A stretch of 64,000 nucleotides of DNA. Origin: Planctomycetota bacterium (GTDB lineage Bacteria > Planctomycetota > UBA1135 > UBA2386). The notes under the pieces were generated by a model that was given only the letters and a program-made list of their open reading frames with translations, did not search any database and had not been told where the DNA came from. Below are positions 18,431 through 29,035 of the stretch, in pieces. Position 1 is the stretch's first letter; each line of letters begins with the position of its first letter. The stretch lies in the NCBI GenBank assembly GCA_965223545.1, contig OZ245006.1, forward strand, positions 3,520,001 through 3,584,000. Reading direction: 5' to 3'. The translations under genes were made by a program, and so were the position numbers.

Positions 18431-20317
18431 GTGACGCTGCTGCGACTGGAGGACATCACCAAGAGCTTCGGCGCCGAGCCGATCCTCGCCGGCGTATCGA
18501 TGCGGGTCGAGTCGGGCGACCGCATCGGCGTCATCGGCGACAACGGCGCCGGCAAGACGACCCTCATCAAGATCCTCGCCGGCAGGGACGAAGCCGACCA
18601 CGGCACGCGCCACGTGAGCCGCGACGTGCGCGTGGCGTACGGTGCACAGATCCCCGAGCTGTCGGCTGGCACGACGGTCCTCGACTTCGTGCTGCGCGGC
18701 GACGGCAGCCACGACGCGCTGGAAGCCGAGGTGCGCGCGATGGAGGCGGCCCTGGCGGACCGGCCCGAAGACACACGCTTGCTCGAGGACTACGGCCACC
18801 TGCAGGGCGCGTTCGAGGCGGGCGGTGGCTACCAGCGCCGGCCGCTGTGCGAGAAGGTGCTGGGCGGCATCGGCTTCACCACCGCCGATCTCGGCAAAGA
18901 CGTCGGCGTGCTGTCGGGGGGCGAGAAGTCGCGCGCCGTGTTGTGCGCCTTGATGACGACACCGGCCGACGTGCTGATTCTGGACGAGCCGACCAACCAC
19001 CTCGACCTCGAGGGCATCGCGTTCCTCGAGAGCCACCTCCGCCGCTACCCAGGGGCCACTGTCGTCGTCAGCCACGACCGTCACTTTCTCGACCAAGTCG
19101 CCACTTCTATCATCGATGTCGATGCCGGCGAGGCGCACCGTTTCAAGGGCAACTACTCGGCGTACCGCACGCAGCGCGACGAACGCCTCCTCGCACAAGC
19201 CCGCGCCTTCAAGAGCCAGCAGGCGCTGATCGAGAAGGAGATGGAGTACATCCGGCGCAACATGGGCAGCCGGATGACGGCGCAGGCCAAGGGCCGCCTC
19301 AAGCGGCTGGAGCGGATCGAGCGCCTGACCAAGCCGCGCGAGTACGAGAACCGGTTCCGGCTCGAGCTGCGCGGGGGGCGCGGCCTCCCCGGCCAAGCCG
19401 TGCTCGAGGTCGAGGACCTCGGCGCCGGCCTGCCCGACGGACGCGTTCTGTTTCGCAACGCGCGCTTTCGCCTGGTGTACGGCGAGACCCTCGGCATCCT
19501 CGGCCGCAACGGCGCCGGCAAGACCACTCTGCTGCGCATCCTCGCCGGGCACCGGTCGCCGGAACACGGCATCGTCGAACGCGCACCCGGGGTGCGCGCC
19601 GGCTACTTCAGTCAGGAGATGCACGAGCTGCCGACCGACGGCACCGTGCTGGATGCAATGCGACGGGTCGAGGCCGACACCGTCACCGAGAAAGAGCTGC
19701 GCGACCACCTGGCGCTGTTCTGGTTCCGCGGAGACGAGGTCGACCTGCCGGTGGCCGGCTTGTCGGGCGGCGAGAAGCGCCGGCTGTCGCTTGCTCTCTT
19801 GGTTCGCGGCGACCACGACTTCCTGTGTTTCGACGAACCCACCAACCACCTCGACATCACCATGCGCGAGGGGCTGGAACACGCGTTGCGCGGCTATCCC
19901 GGAGGAGCGCTCGTCGTCAGCCACGACCGCGCGTTTCTCGAAGCCGTCACCGACCGCGTGCTGTGGGTCGAGGATGGCGCGGTCGAGGTCTACGACGGCG
20001 GTCTGGAACAGTGCCTGCGCCGGCGCGCGGCGCGGGCGACCAGCGCCTCCCGCCCGCGGGGCGGAGAGGCCGCCAGCAAGGCCGAACCCCCGACGCCGAC
20101 CAAGCCGAGCCCCGGCAAGATCCGCAACCCGATGCTGTTCGAAAAGCTCGAGCAGGAGATCTTTGCCCTCGAGGAGCAGCTCGAGGCGGTCAAGACGCGC
20201 ATGACCGAGCCGGAGAGCTATCGCGACCCCGACGCCATGCGCGCGCTCCAGCATGAGCAAACGGCCTGCGAGGCCAAGCTCGCCGACGCCTACCAGCGTT
20301 GGGAGAATTGGGACTGA
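18431..20317 (+). CDS. ABC-F family ATPase (Uup/YheS-like)
   Basis: Two NBDs (GDNGAGKT and GRNGAGKT, LSGGEK twice, DEPTNHLD twice), no TM helices, C-terminal coiled coil ending RWENWD. Confidence 0.93.
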   Translation: MTLLRLEDITKSFGAEPILAGVSMRVESGDRIGVIGDNGAGKTTLIKILAGRDEADHGTRHVSRDVRVAYGAQIPELSAGTTVLDFVLRGDGSHDALEAEVRAMEAALADRPEDTRLLEDYGHLQGAFEAGGGYQRRPLCEKVLGGIGFTTADLGKDVGVLSGGEKSRAVLCALMTTPADVLILDEPTNHLDLEGIAFLESHLRRYPGATVVVSHDRHFLDQVATSIIDVDAGEAHRFKGNYSAYRTQRDERLLAQARAFKSQQALIEKEMEYIRRNMGSRMTAQAKGRLKRLERIERLTKPREYENRFRLELRGGRGLPGQAVLEVEDLGAGLPDGRVLFRNARFRLVYGETLGILGRNGAGKTTLLRILAGHRSPEHGIVERAPGVRAGYFSQEMHELPTDGTVLDAMRRVEADTVTEKELRDHLALFWFRGDEVDLPVAGLSGGEKRRLSLALLVRGDHDFLCFDEPTNHLDITMREGLEHALRGYPGGALVVSHDRAFLEAVTDRVLWVEDGAVEVYDGGLEQCLRRRAARATSASRPRGGEAASKAEPPTPTKPSPGKIRNPMLFEKLEQEIFALEEQLEAVKTRMTEPESYRDPDAMRALQHEQTACEAKLADAYQRWENWD

Positions 20318-20421
20318 GGCCGGACTCCGGCCAGTAGACGGGAGAAACCGACTTTCTTGCCGCACACCGTCGCTCGGTGGCAACGCATTGGCCACGTACC
20401 CGAAGCCGCGTGCCGCAAACG

Positions 20422-20967
20422 ATGAGTGTCCCCCGCCTTCGCCCGCCAGGAACCGCCGCATCCGGTCTGAAGGTTCACCGCGGACCACGTGGACCGCTCG
20501 TCCTGATTGCCGCGCTCGGGCTCGCGCCGCCCGCCACCGGCCAGTCCGTGCCGGAGATCGGGCTGGTCACGGCCCCGCGGTTCCTGCCCACTTTGCACGG
20601 CTCGTTCTGTGGCCCGCTGTCGTGCACACCGCACGGGTTCGAACTGCGCCCCGGCGGCTCGCACATTCTGTCGCATTTCGGCGCACCGGGCTCGCTGTTC
20701 TGCCTGATGGTGGGTCAGCGCGTGACCTGCACGACGATTCGGGGCATCGGAAACGCACTCACCATCGCCGATCCCATCGCCCTGGCCGCCGGCAGCACCG
20801 GCGCGACCGCAGTGGGCATCCCGTGCGGCCTCGGCCCGGCGCCCGTCACCATCGCGGTGCCCGCTGGCCTGCCGCCGGGGACCGTCTTGCGCTTCCAGGC
20901 GATCGGCATCGCCGGCACGGGCGCAGTGGCCTTCGGCCCGACGCTCGAAGGCAGCACCGCGCGGTGA
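20422..20967 (+). CDS. Hypothetical exported protein (shared C-terminal-type domain)
   Basis: Hydrophobic LVLIAALGLAPPATG-Q stretch followed by GAPG...VP...FQAIG pattern. Start uncertain. Confidence 0.55.
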   Translation: MSVPRLRPPGTAASGLKVHRGPRGPLVLIAALGLAPPATGQSVPEIGLVTAPRFLPTLHGSFCGPLSCTPHGFELRPGGSHILSHFGAPGSLFCLMVGQRVTCTTIRGIGNALTIADPIALAAGSTGATAVGIPCGLGPAPVTIAVPAGLPPGTVLRFQAIGIAGTGAVAFGPTLEGSTAR

Positions 20968-21012
20968 CGCGCGCCGACACCAACTCTCTCCCCCCCACGA
21001 CCCCAGCAACCG

Positions 21013-22122
21013 ATGTCCATCGCACCCACCGCCGCAGCCCTCCTGATCACCGCCACCCTGCTGCCCTCCGCGACGGCACAGCGCACGCTCGTCGTCGCCA
21101 GCAGCGGCGGGGCTCCGTTCACCGAAATCCAGGACGCGGTCAACGCCGCCACTTCGGGTGACGTGGTCCTCGTGCGACCGGGGATCTACTCCTTCTTCGT
21201 CATCGACCGCAGAGGTGTCCACATCCTCGCCGACGCCGGCGCCATCGTCCGGCCCGGTCGGCTCAGCGCGTTCTCGGTGAGCAACCTCGGCGCGGGCGAA
21301 GACGTCGTCATCGCCGGACTGACGACCGAGGGCGCCGCCCTCGTCAGCGCGTTCCAGAACCGCGGGCGCGTGCTGTTCGAAGACCTCTCCCTGCCCGGCG
21401 TCCACGTCGGCGTCGCCGACTGCGACTCCTTCGCCGCCCATCGCCTCGCCGCCGGCTCGGTGTCCGTCGAGTCCAGCAACGCAGCCCTGGCGCGCTGTGA
21501 CCTCGGCGGTGGCCCCCTGCACGCGCTCGACGTGCACGACTCGAACGTCTCCTTTGCCCACGGCAGCTGCGGCTCGGCGGCGACCTCCGTCCTGTCCCGC
21601 GCCGGCATCCGGCACGACGGCGGCACCCTGGTCGTCACCGGCGATGCCAACACGGTGATCCGCTTCACGTCGGCGCCCGCCAACGGGTCCGCGCCGGCCG
21701 TGCAGACGCTGTCCGGCACGTTCACCGTGGCGCCGACCGTCCGCCTGCTACCGGCAGGGAGCGCCCCCGCGGTGGAAATCGCCGGGGGGCAGGCTCGGTT
21801 TGCGCCGGTGCCAGCACTCGAGGCGCGGGTCGCCAGCGGCCAGCTGAGCACCCGGTTGGACGCGCCCGGCGCGAGCTTCGCGGCCCTCGCCGCCGGCTTT
21901 GCCGCGAGCCCGCCAATTCCGCTCGGGGTCGCGGGCACCCTGTGGCTCGACCCCACCACCGCGATGCTGCTCGCGGTCGGCCCGGTCACCGCCGGCCAAC
22001 AACTCCTGATGCTCTCGGTACCGCCGCTGCCACTCGCCGCCCACATCACGCTGCAGGCGGCCGCGGTGCTGCCGACCAACCTGGCGCTGTCATCACCGGT
22101 GACCCTCACGGTGCGCCGCTGA
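21013..22122 (+). CDS. Exported right-handed beta-helix (pectin-lyase-like/DUF1565-like) protein
   Basis: Signal peptide ending ATA-Q, then FTEIQDAVNAATSGDVVLVRPGIY. Confidence 0.72.
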   Translation: MSIAPTAAALLITATLLPSATAQRTLVVASSGGAPFTEIQDAVNAATSGDVVLVRPGIYSFFVIDRRGVHILADAGAIVRPGRLSAFSVSNLGAGEDVVIAGLTTEGAALVSAFQNRGRVLFEDLSLPGVHVGVADCDSFAAHRLAAGSVSVESSNAALARCDLGGGPLHALDVHDSNVSFAHGSCGSAATSVLSRAGIRHDGGTLVVTGDANTVIRFTSAPANGSAPAVQTLSGTFTVAPTVRLLPAGSAPAVEIAGGQARFAPVPALEARVASGQLSTRLDAPGASFAALAAGFAASPPIPLGVAGTLWLDPTTAMLLAVGPVTAGQQLLMLSVPPLPLAAHITLQAAAVLPTNLALSSPVTLTVRR

Positions 22123-23086
22123 GCGGCGGCAGCTCCAACCGACAGACCAGCCCCTGCCCGCCGACGCAGACTACGCGGCCGGGCTCGAGGAGCGCGACAT
22201 CGCACAGCTCGGCGCGGTGCCGATAGTGCACAGCAAACGTGCGGCCGCCATCGGTGGTTGCGTACGCCAGCCCATCCATGGTGACCACCAAGCCTGTCCG
22301 GTGGTCGGCGAACGTGGCGGAATTCGGCTTGCCGGGGACCTTTCCACGCGACTGCCAAGTCAGCCCGCGGTCCTCGGACGCCAACAGTTGGCCATCACCG
22401 GCGACGACGAACACGGGGCCCGCCGCGGTGGGCGCCAAGTGGCGCAACCACGCCGTCGAACCACTCGCGACGCGGTGCCAGCTGCGGCCGCCGTCGGTGG
22501 TGCGCAGCAGCAATCCGCCGTCCCCGCACGCCAGACCGACTTCGCGGTCGAGCATGCGTACATCGCGCAGGTTGCGCCCGCTCTCCACCTCGGTGGCCGA
22601 GGTCTCGACGCGGTGCCAGCGGTGGCCGCCATCGCCGGTTCGCAACAGCAGCGGGCCATCCTCGGCGCCGGCGATCAAGCCGATGCGCTCGTCGGCGAAA
22701 TGCACCGCCGCGAGCCAAGCGGCACCGCACGGGAGCTCGACCGACTGCCAGGTCGCGCCTCCGTCGTTGGTCCGGAGCAGAGTACCGCGCAACCCACACG
22801 CGAAGCCGAGCTCACGGCCGGCGAAGTGCACGTCGTACAAGCGCGCGTGCACGGCCGGCATGTCGGGGACGGCGAACGTCCGCCCGCCGTCGGTGGTCCG
22901 CCAGAGCACGGCCGGGTCTCGTTCGCGACCGCCGCCGGCGACGACGAAACGCTGCGCGTCCACGCCATGCGCGGCGAGCAGCAGCGCCGGGGACGGAGTG
23001 GTCAGCGCACCCGCCGTCCAGGCTGCATCCGGACTGGCACAGGTCGGGAACAGCAAGAGCAGAGTCGCGAACGAGACCGGGCGCAT
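22106..23086 (-). CDS. Ycf48/BNR Asp-box repeat beta-propeller protein
   Basis: Repeated LLRTTDGGRSW / VHFAD / GxxG units. Possible lipoprotein. Confidence 0.82.
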   Translation of the reverse strand: MRPVSFATLLLLFPTCASPDAAWTAGALTTPSPALLLAAHGVDAQRFVVAGGGRERDPAVLWRTTDGGRTFAVPDMPAVHARLYDVHFAGRELGFACGLRGTLLRTNDGGATWQSVELPCGAAWLAAVHFADERIGLIAGAEDGPLLLRTGDGGHRWHRVETSATEVESGRNLRDVRMLDREVGLACGDGGLLLRTTDGGRSWHRVASGSTAWLRHLAPTAAGPVFVVAGDGQLLASEDRGLTWQSRGKVPGKPNSATFADHRTGLVVTMDGLAYATTDGGRTFAVHYRHRAELCDVALLEPGRVVCVGGQGLVCRLELPPLSGAP

Positions 23087-23146
23087 GGTCGGCGAGGACG
23101 CCGGCGGGCTGCCTCGCGTTAGCGCGCGCTCGGGCAAGAGCAGCCC

Positions 23147-25357
23147 CTACTCTGCTTCCGCACCGGCGTTGCGCACCGAGCGACACGCGGCGACAACGGC
23201 GATCGCGTCGTAGTCGACAGCACCCTCGAGGTGATCGTGGATCGGGCGCAACCGGTCCGCACCGACCACGTCCATCGCCGCCTCGATCCGCCGCACGGAC
23301 GCGGCGTCCACCCAGCGCGATGGATCCCCGATGCCCTCGGCGCGCACGTAGTCGAGCAAGTGGCGACGCACGGTAGACGCCTTGAGCTCCAACTCGGTGG
23401 CGACCTCTTCGACCGACATGCCGCGCTCGAACAACGCCGCCGAGGCAGCCGGCCCGGACCGGCGCGCGCGTGGCGCCTTCGGCGCGGGCAGCGGCGCTGG
23501 TGGCGGCGGCGAATCGCCGAGCTCGACGTCCACGGCCAGACCGTGCTCGCCGGCGTACTCGCCGATGGCGTCGAGGAACACCCGCGCGTAGTCCTGCGCT
23601 TTCTTGACGCCGACCCCGCGCATCGCGAGGAAGCCCTCGACGGTCGTCGGCCGGTAGCGGGCGAACGCGCGCAACGAAGCGTCACCGAACACGACGTACG
23701 GCGGCACTCCCGCGGCGCGCGCCAGCGACGCCCGCAGCCGGCGCAACGCCTCGAACAGCCCGCGATCGACGCCTTCCCACGACTCGGCTGCCCCCTTGGT
23801 ACGCGCCCGCGGCCGCTCTTCGACCGGTCGCGTCAGCTGCACTTGCGCCTCGCCGCGCAAGAGCTCCGCTCCCGCCGCGGTGACGCGGAGGACGTTGTAA
23901 TCCCCGACGCGCGCCAGGTGGCCCTGACTGACGAGCTGGCCGATCCAATCGAGGATCGCCTTCTTGGAGAAGTCGCTGAGCAGGCCGTACGTCGACAGCT
24001 CGTCGTGGCGGTTCTGACCGATGCGCTGGTCCTTCGATCCCTTGAGCACCAGCGCGGTGTACTCGGCGCCGAACCGCTGGTCCTGCCGCAACACGCTGGA
24101 CAGGATCTTCTGGCCGATCACCAAGCTGTCGTCGACCAACGCCACGGCGCCGTCGCAGACGTCGCACTGATCGCCACAGTCGCGTTCGAGCTCCTGACCG
24201 AAGTGCCGGACCAGCGCGCGGTGGCGGCAGATCGCGCCGTTGCAGTAGTCGGTCATCGCGCGCAGGTTGGCGAGCGCGCCGGCCTGCGCCTCGCCCGGGC
24301 TGTCGAGCAGCATGCGCTGCCAGGTGTGCGCGTCGCTGCCCGAGTGAAACAGCACGCATTCGGCCTCGAGTCCGTCCCGGCCGGCGCGGCCACTCTCCTG
24401 CTGGTAGTTCTCCAGCGACTTCGGCATGCCGGCGTGCACCACGAACCGAACGTCCGGCTTGTCGATGCCCATGCCGAACGCAACCGTCGCGACGATGATC
24501 CGCACCCGGTCGGCGACGAACGCGTCCTGGTTGGCCTGCCGGTCCTGGTCGGTCATCCCGGCGTGGTAGGGCGCCGCCGAGAAGCCGGCCTCGACCAGCT
24601 GATCGCTCAGCCGTTCGACCTGCTTGCGCGAAATCGCGTAGACGATCCCGGCCTCGTCGGGATGGCGCGCAACCACCTCGCGCACCTGCGCGAGGATGCC
24701 GTCCCGGCGATGCACGCGATAGCTCAGGTTGGGGCGGTCGAAGCTGCCGACCAGCACCTCGGCATCGTCCAGTCCGAGCTGATCGGCGATGTCTTGGCGC
24801 ACGCGCTCGGTCGCCGTCGCCGTGTAAGCGTGCACCGCGACCCCCGGGCAGCGCTGTTTCAGCGTGCCCAGCTCGCGGTAGTGCGGCCGAAAATCGTGTC
24901 CCCACGTGCTCACGCAGTGGGCCTCGTCGACGGCGAAGAACGCGACGTCGACCTCGGCGAGCAGCTCCAGCAGGCCGCCGTCGGAGACCAGCCGTTCCGG
25001 CGCGACGTAGACCAGGTCGAGCTCGCCGGCGCGGAGCGCGCGGAACACCGCCATGCGCTCGCCGCCGGTCTGCATGCTGTTGAGGCAGGCGGCGGAGACG
25101 CCGTTGGCCCGCAGCGCGTCGACCTGGTCCTTCATCAGGGACAGCAGCGGCGAGACCACGACCGCCACCCCCTCCATGCACAGCGCCGGCACCTGAAAGC
25201 ACAGCGACTTGCCGCCGCCCGTCGGCAGGACCACCAGTGAATCGCGGCCCTCGAAGACCGCGGTCATGGCCTCCAACTGCAGCGGCCGAAAGCTGTCGTA
25301 GCCCCAGTGCTCGCGGAGGGTGGCCGCGAGGATCGTCTGCGTATCGCCGGTCGCCAT
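23147..25357 (-). CDS. recQ: ATP-dependent DNA helicase RecQ
   Basis: [47 protein letters not shown], Zn-binding Cys residues, RQC and HRDC (VPPYVVFGD) regions. Confidence 0.96.
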   Translation of the reverse strand: MATGDTQTILAATLREHWGYDSFRPLQLEAMTAVFEGRDSLVVLPTGGGKSLCFQVPALCMEGVAVVVSPLLSLMKDQVDALRANGVSAACLNSMQTGGERMAVFRALRAGELDLVYVAPERLVSDGGLLELLAEVDVAFFAVDEAHCVSTWGHDFRPHYRELGTLKQRCPGVAVHAYTATATERVRQDIADQLGLDDAEVLVGSFDRPNLSYRVHRRDGILAQVREVVARHPDEAGIVYAISRKQVERLSDQLVEAGFSAAPYHAGMTDQDRQANQDAFVADRVRIIVATVAFGMGIDKPDVRFVVHAGMPKSLENYQQESGRAGRDGLEAECVLFHSGSDAHTWQRMLLDSPGEAQAGALANLRAMTDYCNGAICRHRALVRHFGQELERDCGDQCDVCDGAVALVDDSLVIGQKILSSVLRQDQRFGAEYTALVLKGSKDQRIGQNRHDELSTYGLLSDFSKKAILDWIGQLVSQGHLARVGDYNVLRVTAAGAELLRGEAQVQLTRPVEERPRARTKGAAESWEGVDRGLFEALRRLRASLARAAGVPPYVVFGDASLRAFARYRPTTVEGFLAMRGVGVKKAQDYARVFLDAIGEYAGEHGLAVDVELGDSPPPPAPLPAPKAPRARRSGPAASAALFERGMSVEEVATELELKASTVRRHLLDYVRAEGIGDPSRWVDAASVRRIEAAMDVVGADRLRPIHDHLEGAVDYDAIAVVAACRSVRNAGAEAE

Positions 25358-25450
25358 GGTCCCTCAGCTCCCGGGGTAGGTTAGCGCGGCGGAAGCTCGA
25401 GGTCTCGAACCGAACCGGTGGGCGCGGGTAGCATCCGGCGGAGTACCACC

Positions 25451-26359
25451 GTGTCCAGCATCGATCCAGAGGGCGTCACCGGCGATCACCGCATCGTCCT
25501 CGCCGACAACTTGCGGTTCTTGGCCGGCGTGCCCGATGCCAGCATCGACCTGATCTACATCGATCCGCCGTTCAACACCGGCAAGCGGCAGGTGCGGCAT
25601 CGAACGCGTTCGGTCCGCGACGACGCCGGCCGACACCGGGGCTTCGGCGGACAGCGATACCGCACCGTGGAGCTCGGCTCGTCCGGGTACGACGACGCGT
25701 TCGACGACTTCCAAGAGTTCTTGGCACCGCGCCTGCACCACGCCCACCGCGTCCTCGCGCCGCACGGCAGTCTGTTCCTCCACATCGACTATCGCGAGGT
25801 GCATTACTGCAAGGTCGCTCTCGACCGCATTTTCGGCCGTGCCTCGTTCATGAACGAAATCATCTGGGCCTACGACTACGGAGCCCGGACCAAGAAGCGC
25901 TGGTCGGCCAAGCACGACAACATCCTCTGGTACGCGAAGGACCCGACGAAATACCGGTTCGATTTCGACGCCATGGACCGCATTCCGTACATGGCTCCCG
26001 GCTTGGTCGGCGCCGAGAAGGCCGCCCGCGGCAAGACGCCCACCGACGTTTGGTGGCACACCATCGTCGCGCCCAGCGGCAAGGAGCGCACCGGCTACGC
26101 GACGCAGAAGCCGCTGGGTGTCCTGCAGCGCATCATCAAGGTGCACTCGCAGCGGGGAGACCTGGTGCTCGATTTCTTCGCCGGCAGCGGCACGACGGGA
26201 GAGGCCGCCGCGCTGAATGGCCGGCGGTTCTGGCTGGTCGACTCCAACCCCGAGGCGGTGGAGATCATGCGGCGCCGCCTCGCGCGCTTCGCGCCGCGCG
26301 TCGAGACCGCGGACCCGCCGGCGGCCTCCGGCGAGGCAGAAAATGCCGGCCGGCAGTGA
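25451..26359 (+). CDS. Orphan N4/N6 DNA methyltransferase (beta class)
   Basis: IDLIYIDPPFNTG precedes TQKP and LDFFAGSGTTG. No adjacent restriction nuclease gene. Confidence 0.9.
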   Translation: MSSIDPEGVTGDHRIVLADNLRFLAGVPDASIDLIYIDPPFNTGKRQVRHRTRSVRDDAGRHRGFGGQRYRTVELGSSGYDDAFDDFQEFLAPRLHHAHRVLAPHGSLFLHIDYREVHYCKVALDRIFGRASFMNEIIWAYDYGARTKKRWSAKHDNILWYAKDPTKYRFDFDAMDRIPYMAPGLVGAEKAARGKTPTDVWWHTIVAPSGKERTGYATQKPLGVLQRIIKVHSQRGDLVLDFFAGSGTTGEAAALNGRRFWLVDSNPEAVEIMRRRLARFAPRVETADPPAASGEAENAGRQ

Positions 26360-26395
26360 ATCCGCGCGCCCACCGCGGTTAGCCGGGGCTCGACG

Positions 26396-27552
26396 ATGTC
26401 CGTGAGCACCGCGGAACGACCGCTCGCCCTACGCCTCTTCGCCGGCGCAGACGCCCTTCGCATCGAGCCGAACGCCCACCACCCCGCCCTCGACGACTTC
26501 TTGCGGCGGGTCGGCGCGGAGGCCATCACCGTGCTGCCGCTGCTCGACCTCGCCTGCTCCGAGAACCAACTCGAGGCGCACCGCAAGAAGCCGCGGCAAC
26601 GGCTGCGCAAGCTCGGCGCCGGCGAGTGGCACGCCGCCGAGATCGAAGTGACGGCCGATCGCGTCGTGCCCGCCGTCTACGCCCTCGACCTGCCCCACGA
26701 CCGGGCTCGCACCATCGGTGCACGGCTCGGAGTCTCCGACTTCTACCGGGCCCGCGTCGCGACGCCGGTCGAGGTGCTATCGGTCGAAGCCGGCGGCCAC
26801 CCCACCGATTGGCACAAGCTGCGCAGCGGTGCGATGCATGGCATTCGCGACATGGTGCGCGTGCTGCGCGCGGGACCGGTCAGCGGGGCGCCGCGATGGC
26901 GAAGCCGATGCTCCTCGCCGCCCTCGCGGCAGGTGCTGTCACCTGCGCCGCCGCGGCGGTGGGTGTGCTCCCCGGCGCCGAGGACCGCAGCCGCGCAGCC
27001 GCCGGCTTGCGCTTTCTGTTGCATCCCGTGGTGATCCCCGCGCTCTGTCTGGCCCTCCACGTGCGATTGCGGTGCCGGCCAACGGCGCAAGCCGACCATC
27101 GATGGCAGCGGATCGCGCACCCGTTGTTGGGGACCTGGCTGGTCGCGCTCATCGCGGTCGGCCTGCTGGTCGCGGCGCGCCACATGGTGACCGGCGAGCT
27201 GCGGGTGGCGGAGTGGCTGGACGACGCGACCTTCCAAGGGCTGCTGGTGCTCTGGTTCATCACTCCGTTCGCCTGGAGCCGCAGCGCGGCCGCGGCGGCA
27301 AGCGCCGGCCTCGACAGCGCGCTGACCATGATCGTGTCCCTGGTCGTGCTCAAGGTGACGGTGGCATTGACCGGAATCGTCAGCAAGATCGTGTGGAAGA
27401 TCGTCGACTCGATCGTGCCGGTGGAGATTCCCGAGCTCGTGCGCGGGCTGTTCGACGTGGCACTGGCGGTCGGCGCGCAGCTCACCCTGTTCGTCGCCGT
27501 GCTCGGCTTCAGCTGGATGAAGGCCAGAGAGCAAGCTCGTACGGCGATGTGA
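26396..27552 (+). CDS. Hypothetical membrane protein, probably one gene frameshifted near 26897 (or two overlapping ORFs 26396-27034 and 26896-27552)
   Basis: ORF1 becomes low-complexity after GAPRW, while the other frame gives AKPMLLAAL and several TM helices. Confidence 0.5.
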
Positions 27553-27616
27553 CCCCTCGAGCCGACTGACATTGACCTCGTCAGCGGGTGGACCGCGGAG
27601 TACGGTCGCCGTAACC

Positions 27617-29035
27617 ATGCTGCGCCCTGTCTCGCTCATCCTGGCAGGTCTGCTCGCCGCCTGCACGGTCGGACCCGACTACGTCCCTCCCCAACCGGAG
27701 GTCCCGGCCTCGTGGCACGAGCCGCTCTTCGAGGGCGCCTCGACCGAGGACTTCGCGGCAACCGAGTGGTGGAGCCAGCTCGAGGACGACACGTTGACCG
27801 CGCTCATCCGACGCGGCGTCGAGAACAGCCCGACGCTGGCGCAGGCGTTCGCGCGCGTGCTGCAGAGCCACGCGGTCCGCGGCCAGGTCGCTGGCGCTTT
27901 CGTCCCCGACGTCGACGCGCAGGGCAGCTACTCGCGATCGCGCAGCAGCGAGACCCTGCTCGGCGTGCCGGTGCAGGACAGCAGCACCTGGAATGTCGGC
28001 CTGACCATGTTTTGGGAGATCGACCTGTTCGGCCGGCTCCGCCGCTCGCTCGAGTCGGCGGATGCCGCGCTGCAGGCCGACGTCGAGCTGTATCGCGACG
28101 TGCTGACCTCGCTGCAGGCGGAGATCGCCACCGCGTACGTCCGCGTCCGCACTCTGCAACGCCGCCTTCAGCTGGCCCAGGCCAACGTCACCTCGCAGAC
28201 CGCCAGCCGGGATCTCGCACAGGCACGCTTCGAGACCGAAGTCGCGCCGGAGCTCGACGTGGTGCAAGGCGCATCCAACCTGGCCAACACCGAGGCACAG
28301 CTGCCGCTGCTGCGGCTCGCACTCGCGCAAACCAGACACCGGCTGGCGACCCTGCTCGGCCTGCACGCCGAGCAGCTGCCGGCGCAGATCGGCGAACCCG
28401 CGCCGATTCCGACGCCGCCGCAGCAGATCGCGATCGGTTTGCCCACCGAGCTGCTGCGGCGGCGGCCCGACGTGCGCGCCGCCGAGCGCGTTCTGGCGGC
28501 CCAGTTCGCCCAGATCGGCGTCGCCGAGGCGTTGCGCTACCCGCAGATCAGTCTGCTCGGCAGCATCGGCCTCGCCAGCCCGCAGCTCGACCAGCTCGCG
28601 CGGCGCGACAGCCGCACGTTCTCGATCCAACCAGGCCTCGCCTGGAACTTGTTCGACGGTGGCCGGGTCCGCGGCGCCGTCGCCGAGCGGGAGGCGCTCG
28701 CGCAGGAGGCACGGCTGCGCTTCGCCAACACCGTGCTGTTGGCCAACGAAGAGGTCGAGGGCGCGATCGCCGCCTTCCGCGAGCAGCGCGTGCGCAGCGA
28801 CGCGCTGCGCCGCGTGGTCGACGCCTCGCGGCGCGCCTCCGAGCTGGCGCAGCAGCTCTACCGCGACGGCCTCAGCGACTTTCAAAACGTGCTCGACGCC
28901 CAACGCACCCTGTTTGCGGCCGAGGACGCCCTGGCGCAGAGCCAAGGCGACCAGGCCGAAGCCGCGATCCAGCTGTTCCGCGCCCTCGGCGGCGGCTGGA
29001 CCCCACCAGAGACACAAACCGGAGATCAACCGTGA
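27617..29035 (+). CDS. Efflux outer-membrane factor lipoprotein (NodT/OprM family)
   Basis: Lipobox LAAC-TVGPDY, WEIDLFGR, LLRRRPDV, LFRALGGGW. Confidence 0.93.
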   Translation: MLRPVSLILAGLLAACTVGPDYVPPQPEVPASWHEPLFEGASTEDFAATEWWSQLEDDTLTALIRRGVENSPTLAQAFARVLQSHAVRGQVAGAFVPDVDAQGSYSRSRSSETLLGVPVQDSSTWNVGLTMFWEIDLFGRLRRSLESADAALQADVELYRDVLTSLQAEIATAYVRVRTLQRRLQLAQANVTSQTASRDLAQARFETEVAPELDVVQGASNLANTEAQLPLLRLALAQTRHRLATLLGLHAEQLPAQIGEPAPIPTPPQQIAIGLPTELLRRRPDVRAAERVLAAQFAQIGVAEALRYPQISLLGSIGLASPQLDQLARRDSRTFSIQPGLAWNLFDGGRVRGAVAEREALAQEARLRFANTVLLANEEVEGAIAAFREQRVRSDALRRVVDASRRASELAQQLYRDGLSDFQNVLDAQRTLFAAEDALAQSQGDQAEAAIQLFRALGGGWTPPETQTGDQP

